Shown here one piece after another: positions 24,745-38,819 of a stretch of DNA of 64,000 bases. The notes below the pieces were generated by a model. The model searched no databases, had not been told where the DNA came from, and saw only the letters and a list, made by a program, of their open reading frames with translations. Position 1 is the stretch's first letter. Each line of letters opens with the position of its first letter. Position numbers and translations under genes: made by a program. The stretch lies in assembly GCF_006345805.1 (NCBI RefSeq), contig NC_043012.1:50840001-50904000 (forward strand), in the 5' to 3' direction. Origin of the DNA: Octopus sinensis (Eukaryota).

Positions 24745-24864
24745 ATTATTAAGTAATAATTGTAACCCTCATGGGTTTTACGCACACTAACCGCTGATAT
24801 TATTATTAATGTGAATATTCTTATATAGTTCTATAATTTTAAATTTATTTGATGGTCTTTTAAA

Positions 24865-25130
24865 TTTGCCACTGCTTTAAAAATGATCGGTACGGAAATG
24901 GTTGAGACGTGTGTATTTAACCCTTGGTCAGAAATACTCATTGATGATGAACTAAGTGAGAATTCACAAAATTAGATATCACGTGACCTGACTACGTCTG
25001 AAATTTCATTTACCATTGTTTTCGTTAATGGTAAGTTAGGTTATACATTTTCCTTGCTCCCTCGAATTCGCCATTGTGTAGAAGTGAAAATTGGTTTTGA
25101 GTTTTTGTGACCCCTATTTTATGAATTAAT
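24865..25130. mobile_element. Partial second copy of the 24347 MITE family
   Basis: GACTACGTCTGAAATTTCATTTAC is the reverse complement of the segment near 24474-24497; the right-arm motifs CGAATTC and AAGTGAAAA are shared. Confidence 0.65.
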
Positions 25131-25235
25131 AGTTTTACTCTTATGATTTTTATGCTGGCTAACCACTGACACAATTATAAACTATTAGTAGTAATATTCG
25201 CATTGATATATATGTTTATATATATATATATGTAT

Positions 25236-25319
<84 letters not shown>

Positions 25320-25322
25320 CAT

Positions 25323-25355
<33 letters not shown>

Positions 25356-25454
25356 GCCTGAAGAGGATAAGCTACCTCTATTTTGCAGAAAAAATGTGTC
25401 GGCAGCCGCCAACACTTTTTTCTGCAAAATAGGGGTAACCTATCCTGTTCAGGC
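25356..25454. mobile_element. 99-bp hairpin MITE with TA flanks
   Basis: TA|GCCTGAAGAGGATAAG...TATTTTGCAGAAAAAA / TTTTTTCTGCAAAATA...CTATCCTGTTCAGGC|TA. Confidence 0.8.
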
Positions 25455-25571
25455 TATGTTATTAGCATTATCCTGCGTTTGAGAATTTGAAATCACTTCT
25501 TTAACTTTCTAAGTCATTTCAACACTTCTAAAGCAAACTTCGTTTGTTTGCTAAAGTTCATCGTAGTTTGA

Positions 25572-25604
<33 letters not shown>

Positions 25605-25605
25605 G

Positions 25606-27165
25606 GTTGAAGAAAGGATTACATTATACAGAGCAAAAGGTTCGTAACAAGCTCCCATATTCTTGTAAAAGCGTTGATCATTTGGATCCAAATCCTCGAA
25701 AATAGAAAGACCTTTTTCCATATATGCAAATGGTTGCTGCATATTCTTAATGGTAAAGTAACGTGGATAAGGTTCGACTTCATCGTCTTCTTTATTTTGT
25801 TTCTCGTGAAGCTCTATCAAATCCTCGTTCGTTAGGGGCTGCTTGTCTTTTCAAATAAATCTTGAAATCCACATCTTCCTCCTTCTCCAAATTCATTTCC
25901 AGTTCTTTGCTCTTAATCACCAATGTTTTGTTGATGTCAACATTATTAAACCCCTTAAATTCATTCACAAATTGCGGGCAAACCTTATTTGAAACCCCAT
26001 TCATAGCCGTGCTCCGTACATCATTCCATGTCACTGCTATGTTCTTTACAGCCTTGTAGATATCGTAACTCTTCCAAAAGTCCTGAAGTGTGATGGATTC
26101 ATCAAGATCAGTTGCAGCTATTACTTGTTGCAGCGTATGCTTCATATAGTAACGCTTAAAGATAGCAATTATTCCCTGATCCATTGGCTGTAGAAAAGAC
26201 GTGATGTTCGGTGGGGGGTATACGATTGTAACATTGGACTCAAAGTCTACTATGTTTTTCGTGGTATCAGGAGTATTATCTAAGATAAGTAAAACCTTAA
26301 AAGGAATCGCCTTCTCCTTACAGTACTCCTCTGCTGCTGGGATAAAATGATTGAAGAACCAATCTTCAAAAACAACACCAGTAACCCATGCTTTGGAATT
26401 AGCCGTCCATATAACAGGGAGAGATGCTTTGGGTATGTTCTTCAGGGACTGGGGGTTGTGAGCATGATACACAAGCAATGGCTTTAACTTAAAATCGCCT
26501 GCAGAAATACCTACCAGCATAATGTTCTCACGTACTTTTGAGAACTTATAGCTGAGAATAGTTTTCTCTTCATTGGAAATGAATAAACGGTCTGGCAAGT
26601 TTTTGCAAAGCAATCCAGTGTTGTCAACGTAAAGAATCTGTTTGGTATGAAATCCGCTTTCTTCGATGATTTTCTTTAATGAATTAGGAAATTTCGTTAT
26701 TGCTTGTTCGTCAGCTGATGCACTCTCATCTTGCTTCTTAATGGAGTGATAACTTCTTCGTTCCTTAAATCTCATGAACCATCCTTAACGTGCCTTGAAC
26801 TCTACATCTTTCTCATCAGGATATTTTTCCTGTCCTCAAAAACAACACGCTCTCTTGAACGATTTCTTGACTAATAGTAGCACGCTGACTATTCAATCTA
26901 ACAATCCAAAGAGGAAGAAGGCTTTCTATTTCTTCAACGATATTGCCTCTTTTCTTAATGATGAGAGTTTTCTTCATCCCTGGAGCTTCAGATTTGATAT
27001 GTGCTAAAATCTTGTCCTTATGTTGTACAATCGTCGATACAGTTGTCCGACTCATCCCCAAAGATCGCACAATTGCTGCCACTTTTTCACCTTTTTCATG
27101 GCGTTATATCATAGCCAGTTTATCTTCCGGCTTAGCACTTGCACTATGAATATTCTTAGGAACCA
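25606..27165 (-). pseudogene. pogo/Tigger-type transposase (CENP-B-like HTH + DDE_1), frameshifted
   Basis: EKVAAIVRSLGMSRTTVSTIV, GDFKLKPLLVYHAHNPQSLK, KAWVT, LLILDNTP and PPNITSFLQPMDQGII across ORFs 26816-27082, 25792-26775 and 25575-25820. TIRs not identified. Confidence 0.92.
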
Positions 27166-27224
27166 TAGGGACAAAAACTAAAGACAAAAATAAATATTTG
27201 CCATATTTTGCGCTATAAATGCAT

Positions 27225-27405
27225 GTCCGGTAAAATGCTTAGCGACATTTCAGCCGTCTTTACGCTGAGTTCAAATTTCGCCGAGGTCGACTTTACCTTT
27301 CATCGTTCACTGTCGATAATATAGGTATCAGTTCATCACTACGATCGATAAAATTGACTTGACACCTCCCCAAACTTGCTGGCCTAGTGCCAACATTTGA
27401 AACCG
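27225..27405 (+). mobile_element. SINE family B, 5'-truncated and diverged
   Basis: GAGTTCAAATTTCGCCGAGGTCGACTTTACCTTTCATC core; end ATTTGAAACC. Confidence 0.8.
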
Positions 27406-28256
27406 TCATTACTTGTACTGTTAATGCAGTGTGCTTTCAGGGTCGATGAAATAAATTCCAGTTTATATATAGTCGATGTAATGGACTTACTCACTCCCCC
27501 ATAATTGCAGATCTTCAGCCAAAATTTGAATCAATTTTGTGTTATGAATATTGTTACCATGATATTTCGGTTGCTTTAAATATGAAGCGATACGCAGCAG
27601 TGTATAGAATTTTTGAAATTTTTTATATTGCTCTAATGTTCCTATGTTCGAGAGATTTTACTCTGGACACAATTGTAAATAGTCGGTCTGTTTGCTAGAA
27701 ATGGAAGCCAGGTGTCTCTCAGGTCCTCATCAACTGGTTATATGCTGAGAAGTTTGGAAAAGGAAAATATATTTGCATGATTGCAATATCGTTTTCTACA
27801 GATTTACTTCTTCGATTTTGAGGCGCGGCAAAACCACCTACGCCAACGATTATAAACGGAAAAAGAAAAACAACAAAACGAAAACAAACAATCGTCGGTA
27901 TAACCTGCATATACGTCTAGATGCTTGTATAGCTGTGTAGTGAGAAGATTGATTTGAAACCTGGTTTCGGGTTGACTCACACAGAGTGGATCTTTGTGTA
28001 AGTGTATTCTAATATAGGCCAAGCCTTGTTAAAGGATATGGTTGAGGGAAACACATAGAAATCAGTGATTTGTATACGTATAAATATGAATATATATATA
28101 TATTATAAGGACAAAAGAAAAATTCTATTGCCAAATATGCCGAAAATAGACAAAATTGTCAATAACCATAATAATTTATACGTGTCGGTATTTTTTTATA
28201 TGCTGGCCATTGATAACATTTTTTTCGAAAAAACTTTTATCCTACATCAGATATAT

Positions 28257-28352
<96 letters not shown>

Positions 28353-28356
28353 ACAG

Positions 28357-28370
28357 TAATAATAACGATG

Positions 28371-28401
<31 letters not shown>

Positions 28402-28433
28402 TAATAATAATAATAATAATAATAATATTAATG

Positions 28434-28464
<31 letters not shown>

Positions 28465-28512
28465 TAATAATATAATAATATAATAATAACAATAATAATA
28501 ATAATAATAATA

Positions 28513-28560
<48 letters not shown>
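28357..28560. repeat. (TAA)n microsatellite
   Basis: Direct reading. Confidence 0.95.
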
Positions 28561-28561
<1 letters not shown>

Positions 28562-28797
28562 TAGTACTCTCTATTGGTAACACAAGGCCTCAAATTTGGG
28601 AAGGAATTGGGTCGCTTACATAGACCAAATTTGAAACTGGTACTTAATCGACCCCGGCGGAATTATATTAATACTACATATATAATATCGCATAATATTA
28701 TATTCATAATATATATTAATACTACATATATAATATCGCATAATATTATATTCATAATATATATATATATAATATCGGACTATATGATATTAACAAG

Positions 28798-28842
<45 letters not shown>

Positions 28843-29049
28843 TATATTGTATCAATAATATATATAAATATTATTATCATTATTATTATTATTGTTACTA
28901 TTGTTATTGTTATCAAAAAGTATATAAATCATAATATGTAACACTTACCAAATGTGCTGAGTTCTCTCCTACCACTGCGAGCTCATTTCTATAAATAAAA
29001 ATGTCTGTACGTGTATGTGTGCGTATATGTGTGTATGTGAGTGTGTATT

Positions 29050-29225
29050 GTCTTTGTTTTCATGTCCCCCATCCTAGCGTTTGCGAACTAGTGTTGCGTT
29101 ACTTAACTGCTAATGCAGCGGTTCGGCAAAAAGGAACCATAGAATAAGTACCTGGCTTAAGAAAATGTACTGAGATCGATTGATTCGACTAAATCCCTCG
29201 ATGCTGTGTGGTGCATAACCGCTAT
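29050..29225 (+). mobile_element. SINE family A 3' half, diverged
   Basis: GCGGTTCGGCAAAAAGGAACCATAGAATAAGTAC...GATTCGACTAAA. Confidence 0.7.
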
Positions 29226-29437
29226 TGAGCGATAGAAACACAGTAAAAACAGAATGAGATTATATATATAGTGCTTAAGAAAGAACTCTTTCCCAATGTT
29301 GAAAATCTTCGAATTACCATACGATTTGCCACCATGCACTTACAATCTATCTATCTATCTACCTAACTAACAATCTATCTGCCTGTCTGTTTTCTGCGTG
29401 CTGCATACAACACACATACATGCATATACATATATAT

Positions 29438-29469
<32 letters not shown>

Positions 29470-30199
29470 ATATTTAGGAATCTATACACTTACAAATATA
29501 TATGTATATATATGAATATTTAACAAAACTTTTCCATGTAAATTGACATCACACAACTGACATTACTTCCAGAAGGACTGAAGCTGCTAGGCAATGTCTC
29601 ACCTTAATATAAAAAATTAACTTCTAAATACCTCATATCAACATTATTTGAAATAGACTCTCCTGTCTGATTGTTTTATCCTATCAAAATTCGATTTCTG
29701 CTGAGCTATTCTATTCATTCATCTGCATGATATATACAGGTCACTGGACGAAAGGAAAACAAACATCTTATTCTAGAATGTTATCTATTCATTTGTACAA
29801 GTAATTTTTGGCAAATCGATCATAGTTTTTTTGTTTCTTTCCCCTCTAACCTCAGAATTTTGTATTAATTCTAACCGATCTTATACTAATGATTCTAGCC
29901 AACGGTAAATCATACCTTCTTTCGAAATCACATTTTTGGAACACTCCCCATATTTTTTTCAGCTCTACCGATTTTCTCACTATTTCGAGTTCACAATTGC
30001 ATATAATTCTCATTTCCATTTCGCATCTATTCTCATTTCTATTTTATCAAATCACCTCATTTTCTCTTTTTATTTCTCCTCTCCTTCCATATGTTTTCTC
30101 TTTTATTCTTCCCCCACAAGCCTCATTAGCATTAAGCAATTTCTACCTCTCCCAGTGCAACGCCAGTTTTGGTTAACATTGTAAATTATTTTGGCTTAC

Positions 30200-30404
30200 C
30201 TGAATAATCAATTTGGCGTTTTGCCTATCATGACGGCTCGTCTGTTTTTCATGCTGATTATTTGATTGGAAATAGCTAAGGACCATTTGTGCGAATCTCT
30301 ACAAGGTTTCGCTTCACCGATCATATTGCTTCTGTAGGTATCAAAGTTTGCTTTTACGATATCTTTCAGTCTTTTCTGCAAGTTGATATATGTTCTTTTG
30401 TAAG
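30200..30404 (-). other. Candidate spliced exon (unknown gene or lncRNA)
   Basis: Acceptor TTTCTTTTATTTTAG and donor CAG|GTAAGC. One frame is open for 65 codons, with TGA 8 nt before the donor. No recognisable homology. Confidence 0.3.
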
Positions 30405-30559
30405 CTAAAATAAAAGAAACCGATGTGATAACGATAAAATATATTTTTCGTATATAATATAGGAGAGTTACATTAAATATACTTACATGCATGCATACAT
30501 ACATATATATAATAGATCATATATATATAATATATATATATATATAATATATATATATA

Positions 30560-30602
<43 letters not shown>

Positions 30603-30689
30603 CTTTCTGGGGAGAAAAAAGGGGCGTAGATTTTTGATCAAATGGGATCGTAAAAAAAAGTAAGAAAAAATATGTATATATGTATATAT

Positions 30690-30984
30690 ACAGTTGTGTC
30701 TGGGGAGAGACATTACCTTTTTGTGCCTTTTTAACACACTCGCAAGTAAAATTTCCACTTCAAAAACGATATATATATGTGACCTCGTGTATACCATTGG
30801 CGATTTTTTTTTCCTCTGTCTTCCCTTCTCTGGATCTTTCCTTTTCCTATGTTTCCGACGAAGAGCTCCGCTCGAAACGTAAAACCCTCCTTCTTCCCTT
30901 CTTTCCTGAGCGTCCAATAATACTATTATTGTTCCACGTCCTCGCGTTGTTGTGTTTTTTGTGTTTTCTTGTTTGGCTTAACTT
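30690..30984 (+). mobile_element. Hammerhead-bearing short repeat, copy 1 (motif 30851-30885)
   Basis: GTTT-CCGACGA-a-GAGC-tcc-GCTC-GAAAC-GTA-AAAC; about 205 bp shared with 31830-32034. Confidence 0.8.
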
Positions 30985-31015
<31 letters not shown>

Positions 31016-31538
31016 GATGATGATGATGATGATGTTTGTCTCATCTTGCTTCAGAATCACGCTGTTTGTAGTCATATCATCCTAGAATGTGCGCAGATAA
31101 GGCTTTTCACGCCCCTCATCCATCACCATAGGATATTATAAAATACAAAAGAAATGGAGAAATGGCATGATAGTGAGATATCTATACGTCATTTGAATTG
31201 TTGCCAGGAGGTTGTACAATACTGGTTGCCATTGTAGGTGACAAGCATTGGGAGTTGACTGGAGTTACTTTCTGCTGCATGTTTTATGTTAGAGTATCTT
31301 GCTTTTTGAAGAGCTGTCTTCTAAATGATTTTGTAAGAAAAAAAAAGCTTGCTCTCCCCGTGGTAAATCTGTTTAACCCATAAATGGGAACCTCACAGGC
31401 ATTACCGTTCCAGGTCGGAATATTCCTGTGAGTAATGGTAATCAAGGGTTAACCCCAACACTCCTACAAGACCAGAAATTCGAAAGAGGAGCTTCATCAC
31501 ACGATTCACTATAAGTGATATACTCAGCATATATATAT

Positions 31539-31600
<62 letters not shown>

Positions 31601-31829
31601 AGTTCAGCAAAAATTTAGATTCAAATGAATATGGTACTTAAGTTAGATGCACCAGAATTGTGTATGGTGTTATCCATATAAATATGTATAAATGCAAAAA
31701 CCTCTATAAATGACTGATGATTGCTCGACATTTTAAAACTGTTGTAATACTTAGAATGTTTAATAAAATGATGTAGCGTGAAACGATCGTACCAAATTAC
31801 CGAAGATATTCTTGTTGCTTATTTTGAGT

Positions 31830-32034
31830 GTGACCTCGTGTGTACCGTTGGCGATTTTTTCCCTCTGTCTTCCCTTCTCGGGATCTTTCCTTCTCCTATG
31901 TTTCTGACGAAGAGCTCCGCTCGAAACGTTAAACCCTCCTTCTTCCCTTCTTTCCTGAGCGTCCAATAATACTATATTTGTTCCACGACCTCGCGTTGTT
32001 GTGTTTTTTTTGTGTTTTCTTGTTTGGATTAACT
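31830..32034 (+). mobile_element. Hammerhead-bearing short repeat, copy 2 (motif 31900-31934)
   Basis: GTTT-CTGACGA-a-GAGC-tcc-GCTC-GAAAC-GTT-AAAC. Confidence 0.8.
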
Positions 32035-32040
32035 ATTTAT

Positions 32041-32097
<57 letters not shown>

Positions 32098-32410
32098 GTG
32101 CGTGTATGTATGTATGCATGTAGGCAGGTAGGTAGGTGGGTATCAACTCTGTATATATATAAACCATATATATGTATATTCTTATACTTCTGGGTATGCA
32201 CTGAACGCCCTGTTATTTTATTATGTATTTATTTATGTTCTACGATGTGAATACATGGGGATGATATAAAGTTATATGCCCAATTCTTATGTATATATTT
32301 TAACAACTGCATTTCTTTTGCCTTTTTTTTTATACTTAAGCACTTCTATTTGTAGGCCTATATTTATTTTATTTTCGTTTCTATAATGAGAAACGTAATT
32401 CAAAAATCAT

Positions 32411-32570
32411 GGCTGTGTGCTAAGTAGCTTGCTAACCAACCACATGGTTCCGGGTTCAGTCCCACTGCGTGGCATCTTGGGCAAGTGTCTTCTGCTCTAG
32501 CCCCGGGCCGACCAATGCCTTGTGAGTGGATTTGGTAGACGGAAACTGAAAGAAGCCTGTCGTATATATG

Positions 32571-32617
<47 letters not shown>

Positions 32618-32833
32618 TTGTGTGTCTGTGTTTGTCCCCCTAGCATTGCTTGACAACCGATGCTGGTGTGTTTACGTCCCCTTCACTTAGCGGTTCGGCA
32701 AAAAGTTACCGATAGAATAAGTACTGGGCTTACAAAGAATAAGTCCCGGGGTCGATTTGTTCGACTAAAGGCCGTGCTCCAGCATGGCCGCAGTCAAATG
32801 ACTGAAACAAGTAAATGAGTAAAGAGTAAAAGA
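32411..32833 (+). mobile_element. SINE family A, near full length, low divergence
   Basis: TGGCTGTGTG A box, GGTTCAGTCCC B box, internal (TA)(TG) tract, tail GTAAAGAGTAAAAGAG. Confidence 0.95.
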
Positions 32834-35800
32834 GTATATCATTATTTAAATATATATGTGTGTGTGCGCGGTACATGTGTGTGTGTGTGTGTGTACGCTT
32901 GTGTGTATGTATATACTCTAAATATAATAAAGAATGGATAATTATACATCTTCAAAATTTGTTTCTTAGTATAAAATTGTTTTTATTAAATTCAAATCGA
33001 ATACATGTTTCTGACGTATAAGTGTCCTAATGTCCTTCGATATAGCAGTTATGCGCAATTTGTTGCCCATTTTTGCAGTACGTATTCGTTTAATGTTGAC
33101 GTTTCTATCCAGCTTTGTTCAAGGTTTTACGCAAGCGGATGAGTGAAGCTAGATAATCCTTCTTAAATTATATTCTAGTTATATACCTCAAAACTCTTTG
33201 GGTATTTGACTATAGATAGTGCTTTGCAATACGATATTATCATAGTTCTGGCATAGAATATTTTTTTTTTGAATCTACAAAAAACAGGGGAAAAATCCTT
33301 AATTTCACCAGGATGCAATCACATCACTGACAGTAATTATAAGCAAAACAAGTGATGTCATATAATATAAATGGACAGAGTTAAAGGAATCGAAAGAAGG
33401 GTGAAATAAAGAGGAAATACAAATGTGTCATTTAAGTTTGGGTATTCAGACCAGTCCATATTAAAAACATTTTATACTGTTTTGAAAATTAGAAGAGTGG
33501 TTTTGGTTGAGATGAGTAAAGTAATCTGAAACTCTTCCTCAGATAAATGCATAAGGACATTCAACATGCACCACATTACAAAATCCACGAAGCAAAACAT
33601 TTTCACTGATTCTGCTACTATTCCGGTACAGAATGTTGCAATATTATTACTATTGGGTGAAAGCATTTAATATGCAACTATAGTCTGTCAAGAGCTGTTA
33701 TACAAGATAATTGTGAATGTTCCTGTATATTAAATTTATACTTTGACTTATAATTAAGAATATGTAGAAATAAGCATTCATCTAATAAAGTAGACAGAAA
33801 ACAACAGATTCCTAAATTTCCGCCTTTCACTGTCAATATGTGAATGTGCCTTGTTGTACATATGTATATACGTGTGTTGTTGGACATGCACGTAGTTATG
33901 TATTCCTGTATTTATGTATCCATGTATGTGTATGTATATATAAGTATATATGTATGTACATATAAAAGGACTGGGTAGATTCACATAAGACTGCATATGA
34001 CCTACACATTTCTGTAGAGAATCCGGGTTTACGTTTGCATACATATACATAGTATGGTGTGACATGAAGAATTTTCTGCTATTCCTGGCAAGCAGAGCGA
34101 TCTCGTAGACCCATTATCTGTAACTCCCGCAGTTAGGTTCCATCATATTAGTGTAAATATAGCATTTCTTTCTCTCTACTAGAAGGATATGATCCTGTAA
34201 TTTTATAAAGATATTATTTTATGACTAGAGACGAAAAACACGATATCATTGTCTAATCGCAAAACCTGATACTTATATTCTTTTGTTCTTTTATGCTTAT
34301 ATTCCAATCAGTTTTCAAATTATGCATTCTAGCACATCATGTGTGTTACAGGATCATGTATTTAAACAATCCGAACATTTTCTTCGTCATTATCTTCCTG
34401 ACAACAGAAAAATAAAAATACTTCCATTTACGCTCGTTCGCATAAATACTTATCCATGTTTAATTTACGTTCACTAATTAAATATTTCAAATTATCAACA
34501 GAAGTATTATATAATGTGATAAAGGGAGAAACGTTTCAAATTAATGCTATGACTTGAACTACACAAAGATCTGTCTAATATGGCTTCTCACAATCAATGA
34601 AGTTGCTCGTTTTGTTTCACGTTTACTTTCAAGTGATCTAATGTATTGTTGTACCCGGGACAGTATCAATCAGATTATGATCAATAAATCTTCAAATACG
34701 TTTGGAAACTAATTATCTAAGAATATTCAATGATTCAAACGATTAGGAATGTACATTTTATTATATATTAGGCACTATTATCCTATCATGAACAAAACAA
34801 TGAGCAAACTCTTTCTTTTCTTAGCCATTTTAATGCAGTTCTTTGATAGTAACGCCATGATGTTGGATGTCAGACGTTGTTGAAGAATCAGTGACTATAT
34901 GTAGAGTATTAGCTTTGACAAGATATTTGAATTGATCTTATTATTAGAAAGTTTATTGCTGCAACCGAGCGTTAACCGATTATTTAAAGCTCAAGTACAA
35001 TGCAGTGAATATTACATGCTTTCACGAATTGACCTTTGAAAATTAGCAAAGACATCAGAAAAGTGCGCCATTGAAAATACTATCAACGCAATCGGGATTT
35101 ACCAAATAGTGATAATGCATTCAAAGACATTGTTCCCTGATGTGTAAATGAGTTTTTGTGAAAGTTATGTTGCTAGAAGGGACATGCTTAAATACTATTC
35201 AATACTATAACAGTGACATGGCTTAGTAAAGAGGTAATATCAACGATAAAATTAATGATTACTTCGGTAAAAACACACAAAATAGTTAATCACATGCATA
35301 CACAGCACAGATAATTGTATGCTTCTAGCTATTAGAAACATTACATCATTATTTGTGTGTGTGTGTGTGTGTTTGTATATGTAACGATAGACATTTGTTG
35401 GTTGTAACAGAAACAGCTTCCATTGAATGGAAAAAATTCCATACACATCTATTGTAGAGTAAAAGCATATCTAGTCTAGTGTGACCGATGTTTTTAACTC
35501 AAGTCAATCTCGATTTTGGAATTGTTTTGCATTAGTATAGTTCGTATATAAATCGTGGAACTTAGGTTGCTGGTACCTCAAGATTTGCAAATTAAGGTGT
35601 CTTTTCTATACCTGCAATTCTTTTGCTTTCAGTGATGTTAATTCACGTGTAAGATTTTATTGGGTTGTCAGGAGTTGCGCTCAAAGCTCAGGTGATTTAC
35701 AGATAATTTTAAAGCTACTCAAGAATCTCTTCTTATAACTCACTAACTGATCGCATATCCTGCATGAGTTTTCTTATGAGAAGCTCTTTTGGAGTGCAGT

Positions 35801-37101
35801 GATCATGTGTTGGATTGAGATGTGCAGTCATTTTAGTCTGGAATTCTGCAAAATATGTACAGATTTGAATTGTTAGATTTCAGATACATCTCAACGTCAA
35901 CCATTTTATTCTACTAGCGACTTATAGCATATTGCAAAGACACCTTCTTTGCTAGTGGTTACGTGGTTTGAGGTGTCAGGTGAAAATTATCGATGACTCT
36001 TCAGAATACAGGACGATTTTGAAAACCGGAGAGTTGTACATCAGCTAGGTGTTGAGATTGATTCCCCGTCTTGTCATAAATCGTGCTGCTGTCTTCTGAA
36101 GACATTATTTGCTTTCAAAATCCTACTATTTGCAGCTTCATCAATATTTATAGACCTGAGAGGGAACTGTCTTGGGTCTTGAACTTGTTTACTGTAGTTA
36201 CGACACGTCAATATTAACCTAAGTTGATCAATAAAATTTTCTGATGGTGGGAAGGTGCATCGTATCAGTTTTAACTGAGCTTATTCTAAAGCTGATTTTA
36301 ATCACGAATTATTAAGAACTTATCTATTTCCATCGACTGATTTACTGTTCCTTTTTACTACTAAATTCGCGGTCATCGGTGAATATGAAATCGTAGAAGT
36401 TTAGTCAGAAGTACGAGAATGGCTTTAGCACTTAATCAAGAATAACATCTCTATGAGAGGCTTTGCAACTAGATCTAAAAATACTGAGTTAAATTATATC
36501 TAGAAATGAAGACCTTCTTTAGCTTGTTTCATTTTCGAATGCTGAAATATAAACTCCGTCGGCTGCGATTTGTCAGTCTTTATCCGGTGTCTAGCTGTCT
36601 TGATACACATTTTACCATTTTACTCAGGTTTTTGATGTGTGAAGAATGAGGTCTAGAAAGATTGCTTTGTCATTTATAGGGCAATACGAGTACTAGCAAC
36701 AACCTGCCATGTTGCTACCTTGCCCAGTGACAAAGAATAGCAGAGACGACCAGCAAAGTCCCATGAATGCAGGTGCATAAAAAGGTCTACTTGTATTCAA
36801 CTGTGCGCATTCAACGTTGGCGTTGGTTAGTTCTATCTTTAAACTCGAAGATACTTCGTCACTGGGAGACGGTTTTCTCTTGATTGCTCACTGTTAATTG
36901 AATTTTTGCGTGTCAAATTGATAACACTTCAAGTAAATTCACAAACTTTAGAGAATTTCCTTTCAGTTTAATGTAAACGGTTTGGTTATGCTATTATCCG
37001 GGATGTGGGCGGTTGCTGTATACTAAATGCCTCTGGAGACACAAGTGATTTGAGGTACGAAGTGGATGGCAGTCGATTACCGACTATCCTCAATATATAT
37101 A

Positions 37102-37156
<55 letters not shown>

Positions 37157-37575
37157 GTAAAAAATCGTTCCAGTGTACACACACACACATACACACAAAC
37201 AAACACATACAAACACACACACACACGCGCGCGTCAGTACATATGTATGTACGCATGTGCTTATATATAGATTCACGCAAGAGCACACACACACACACAT
37301 ACGCACACGCGCACTCCCACACACAAACGTGCGCTCACACAGACACTGAACACACACACACACAAAGACAAGGTTACATTTCAGATATACGCACGCATAT
37401 GTGATTTCAGATTTTGGACATAGTCTACATACGTAAAAAAAGACCATGATTTTTGTGATAAAAACGTCATTCTTTTCTTTCATTTTTTTTATATATTCCA
37501 ATACACAATCTACAATATTTTCTTTTTTTCCCAATATCAGCTGCTGTGAATACCATATTCTTTATTTTTATTTTT

Positions 37576-37625
<50 letters not shown>

Positions 37626-38170
37626 GAGTCACTCACCACTTACATGTCTTACTTTGTTTTTGGAGCCGATAATTGTCAGAATGCTCAAAAGTTTCATTCA
37701 ATTATAATACACCGATAGCAGTAAATAACAGTATTTCGATAAATGACCTGCTGTGAAATATATCCTGTCGATACCTATATACATTGAATGTAACAATTTC
37801 TGCTTGCAGCTGCGTAATTTTATTACACATCTACCATATTGAACCGACAACCAAGCTCATCTATTTTGCCATGTTGATGTATTACAGCTGTTTGAAAAGC
37901 CGATCAACAAATCCGTCTGATTATCCATTATGGTGTTGACTCGAATTACAATTGCATGAGAGGTTAATCAGAATATTTGAAAGATGGCCCAATGTAAAGA
38001 AAAAAAGAAAAGACAAAAAAGATAAATGAAATATAAAAAAGAAATAGTACAAAAATATTTTGGAAAGAGGAATTTTAGGAAATGTTTTCTCTATTAGTAG
38101 ACATATAGATAGGCTGAACTGCTACTGTTGTCGTTGCCACTATTACTACCACTATTATTACTGCCACTCT

Positions 38171-38202
<32 letters not shown>

Positions 38203-38579
38203 CTACCACTACTATTCATCCTAGTATCCCACATTTCGTGCTGTTTGTTCTGGCTGCTTACCTCCTGAGTTCATATCCTGTTAGTAGCAATTTTTCCATT
38301 CATCTCTGTGGGATAGATAAATCAAAGTAGCAGTCAAGTACAAAGGTCAATGATATCCACAGATCCTCTCGCCTCAACAATTCTGGCATTAATCCTAAAT
38401 CAGATGCAACTATTATCCTGATTATTAATAGCGGCATTTCGTCGTTTTTACGTTCGCATTTCTTTCTCCTCCAACATCAGCATTGCATTTCAGCCCCCAA
38501 TAAGGACTATGAAATACGTACCAGTGGGGTCAATGTAATCGCCTTAATCCTCCACCGAAATGGCTGCCTTTCAACCATT

Positions 38580-38592
38580 CTTCTTCTTCTTC

Positions 38593-38624
<32 letters not shown>

Positions 38625-38717
38625 CTTCTTCTTCTTCTTCTTCTTCTTCTTCTTCTTTTCTTCTTATTATTCTTATTATTATTATTATTATTATTATTAT
38701 TCTTATTATTATTATTC

Positions 38718-38774
<57 letters not shown>

Positions 38775-38815
38775 TATTATTATTATTATTATTATTAATA
38801 TCATTATTATTGTTA
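38580..38815. repeat. (CTT)n-(TTA)n compound microsatellite (3' tail/target of the adjacent LINE)
   Basis: Direct reading. Confidence 0.95.
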
Positions 38816-38819
38816 TCTT

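Noticed and set aside
28664-28765. Two-copy AT-rich tandem of about 48 bp
   Set aside because: Ordinary local slippage; no spacer structure, not CRISPR-like.
35450-36700. Possible decayed retroelement RT on the - strand
   Set aside because: Only vague motif echoes; no diagnostic motif recoverable by eye.
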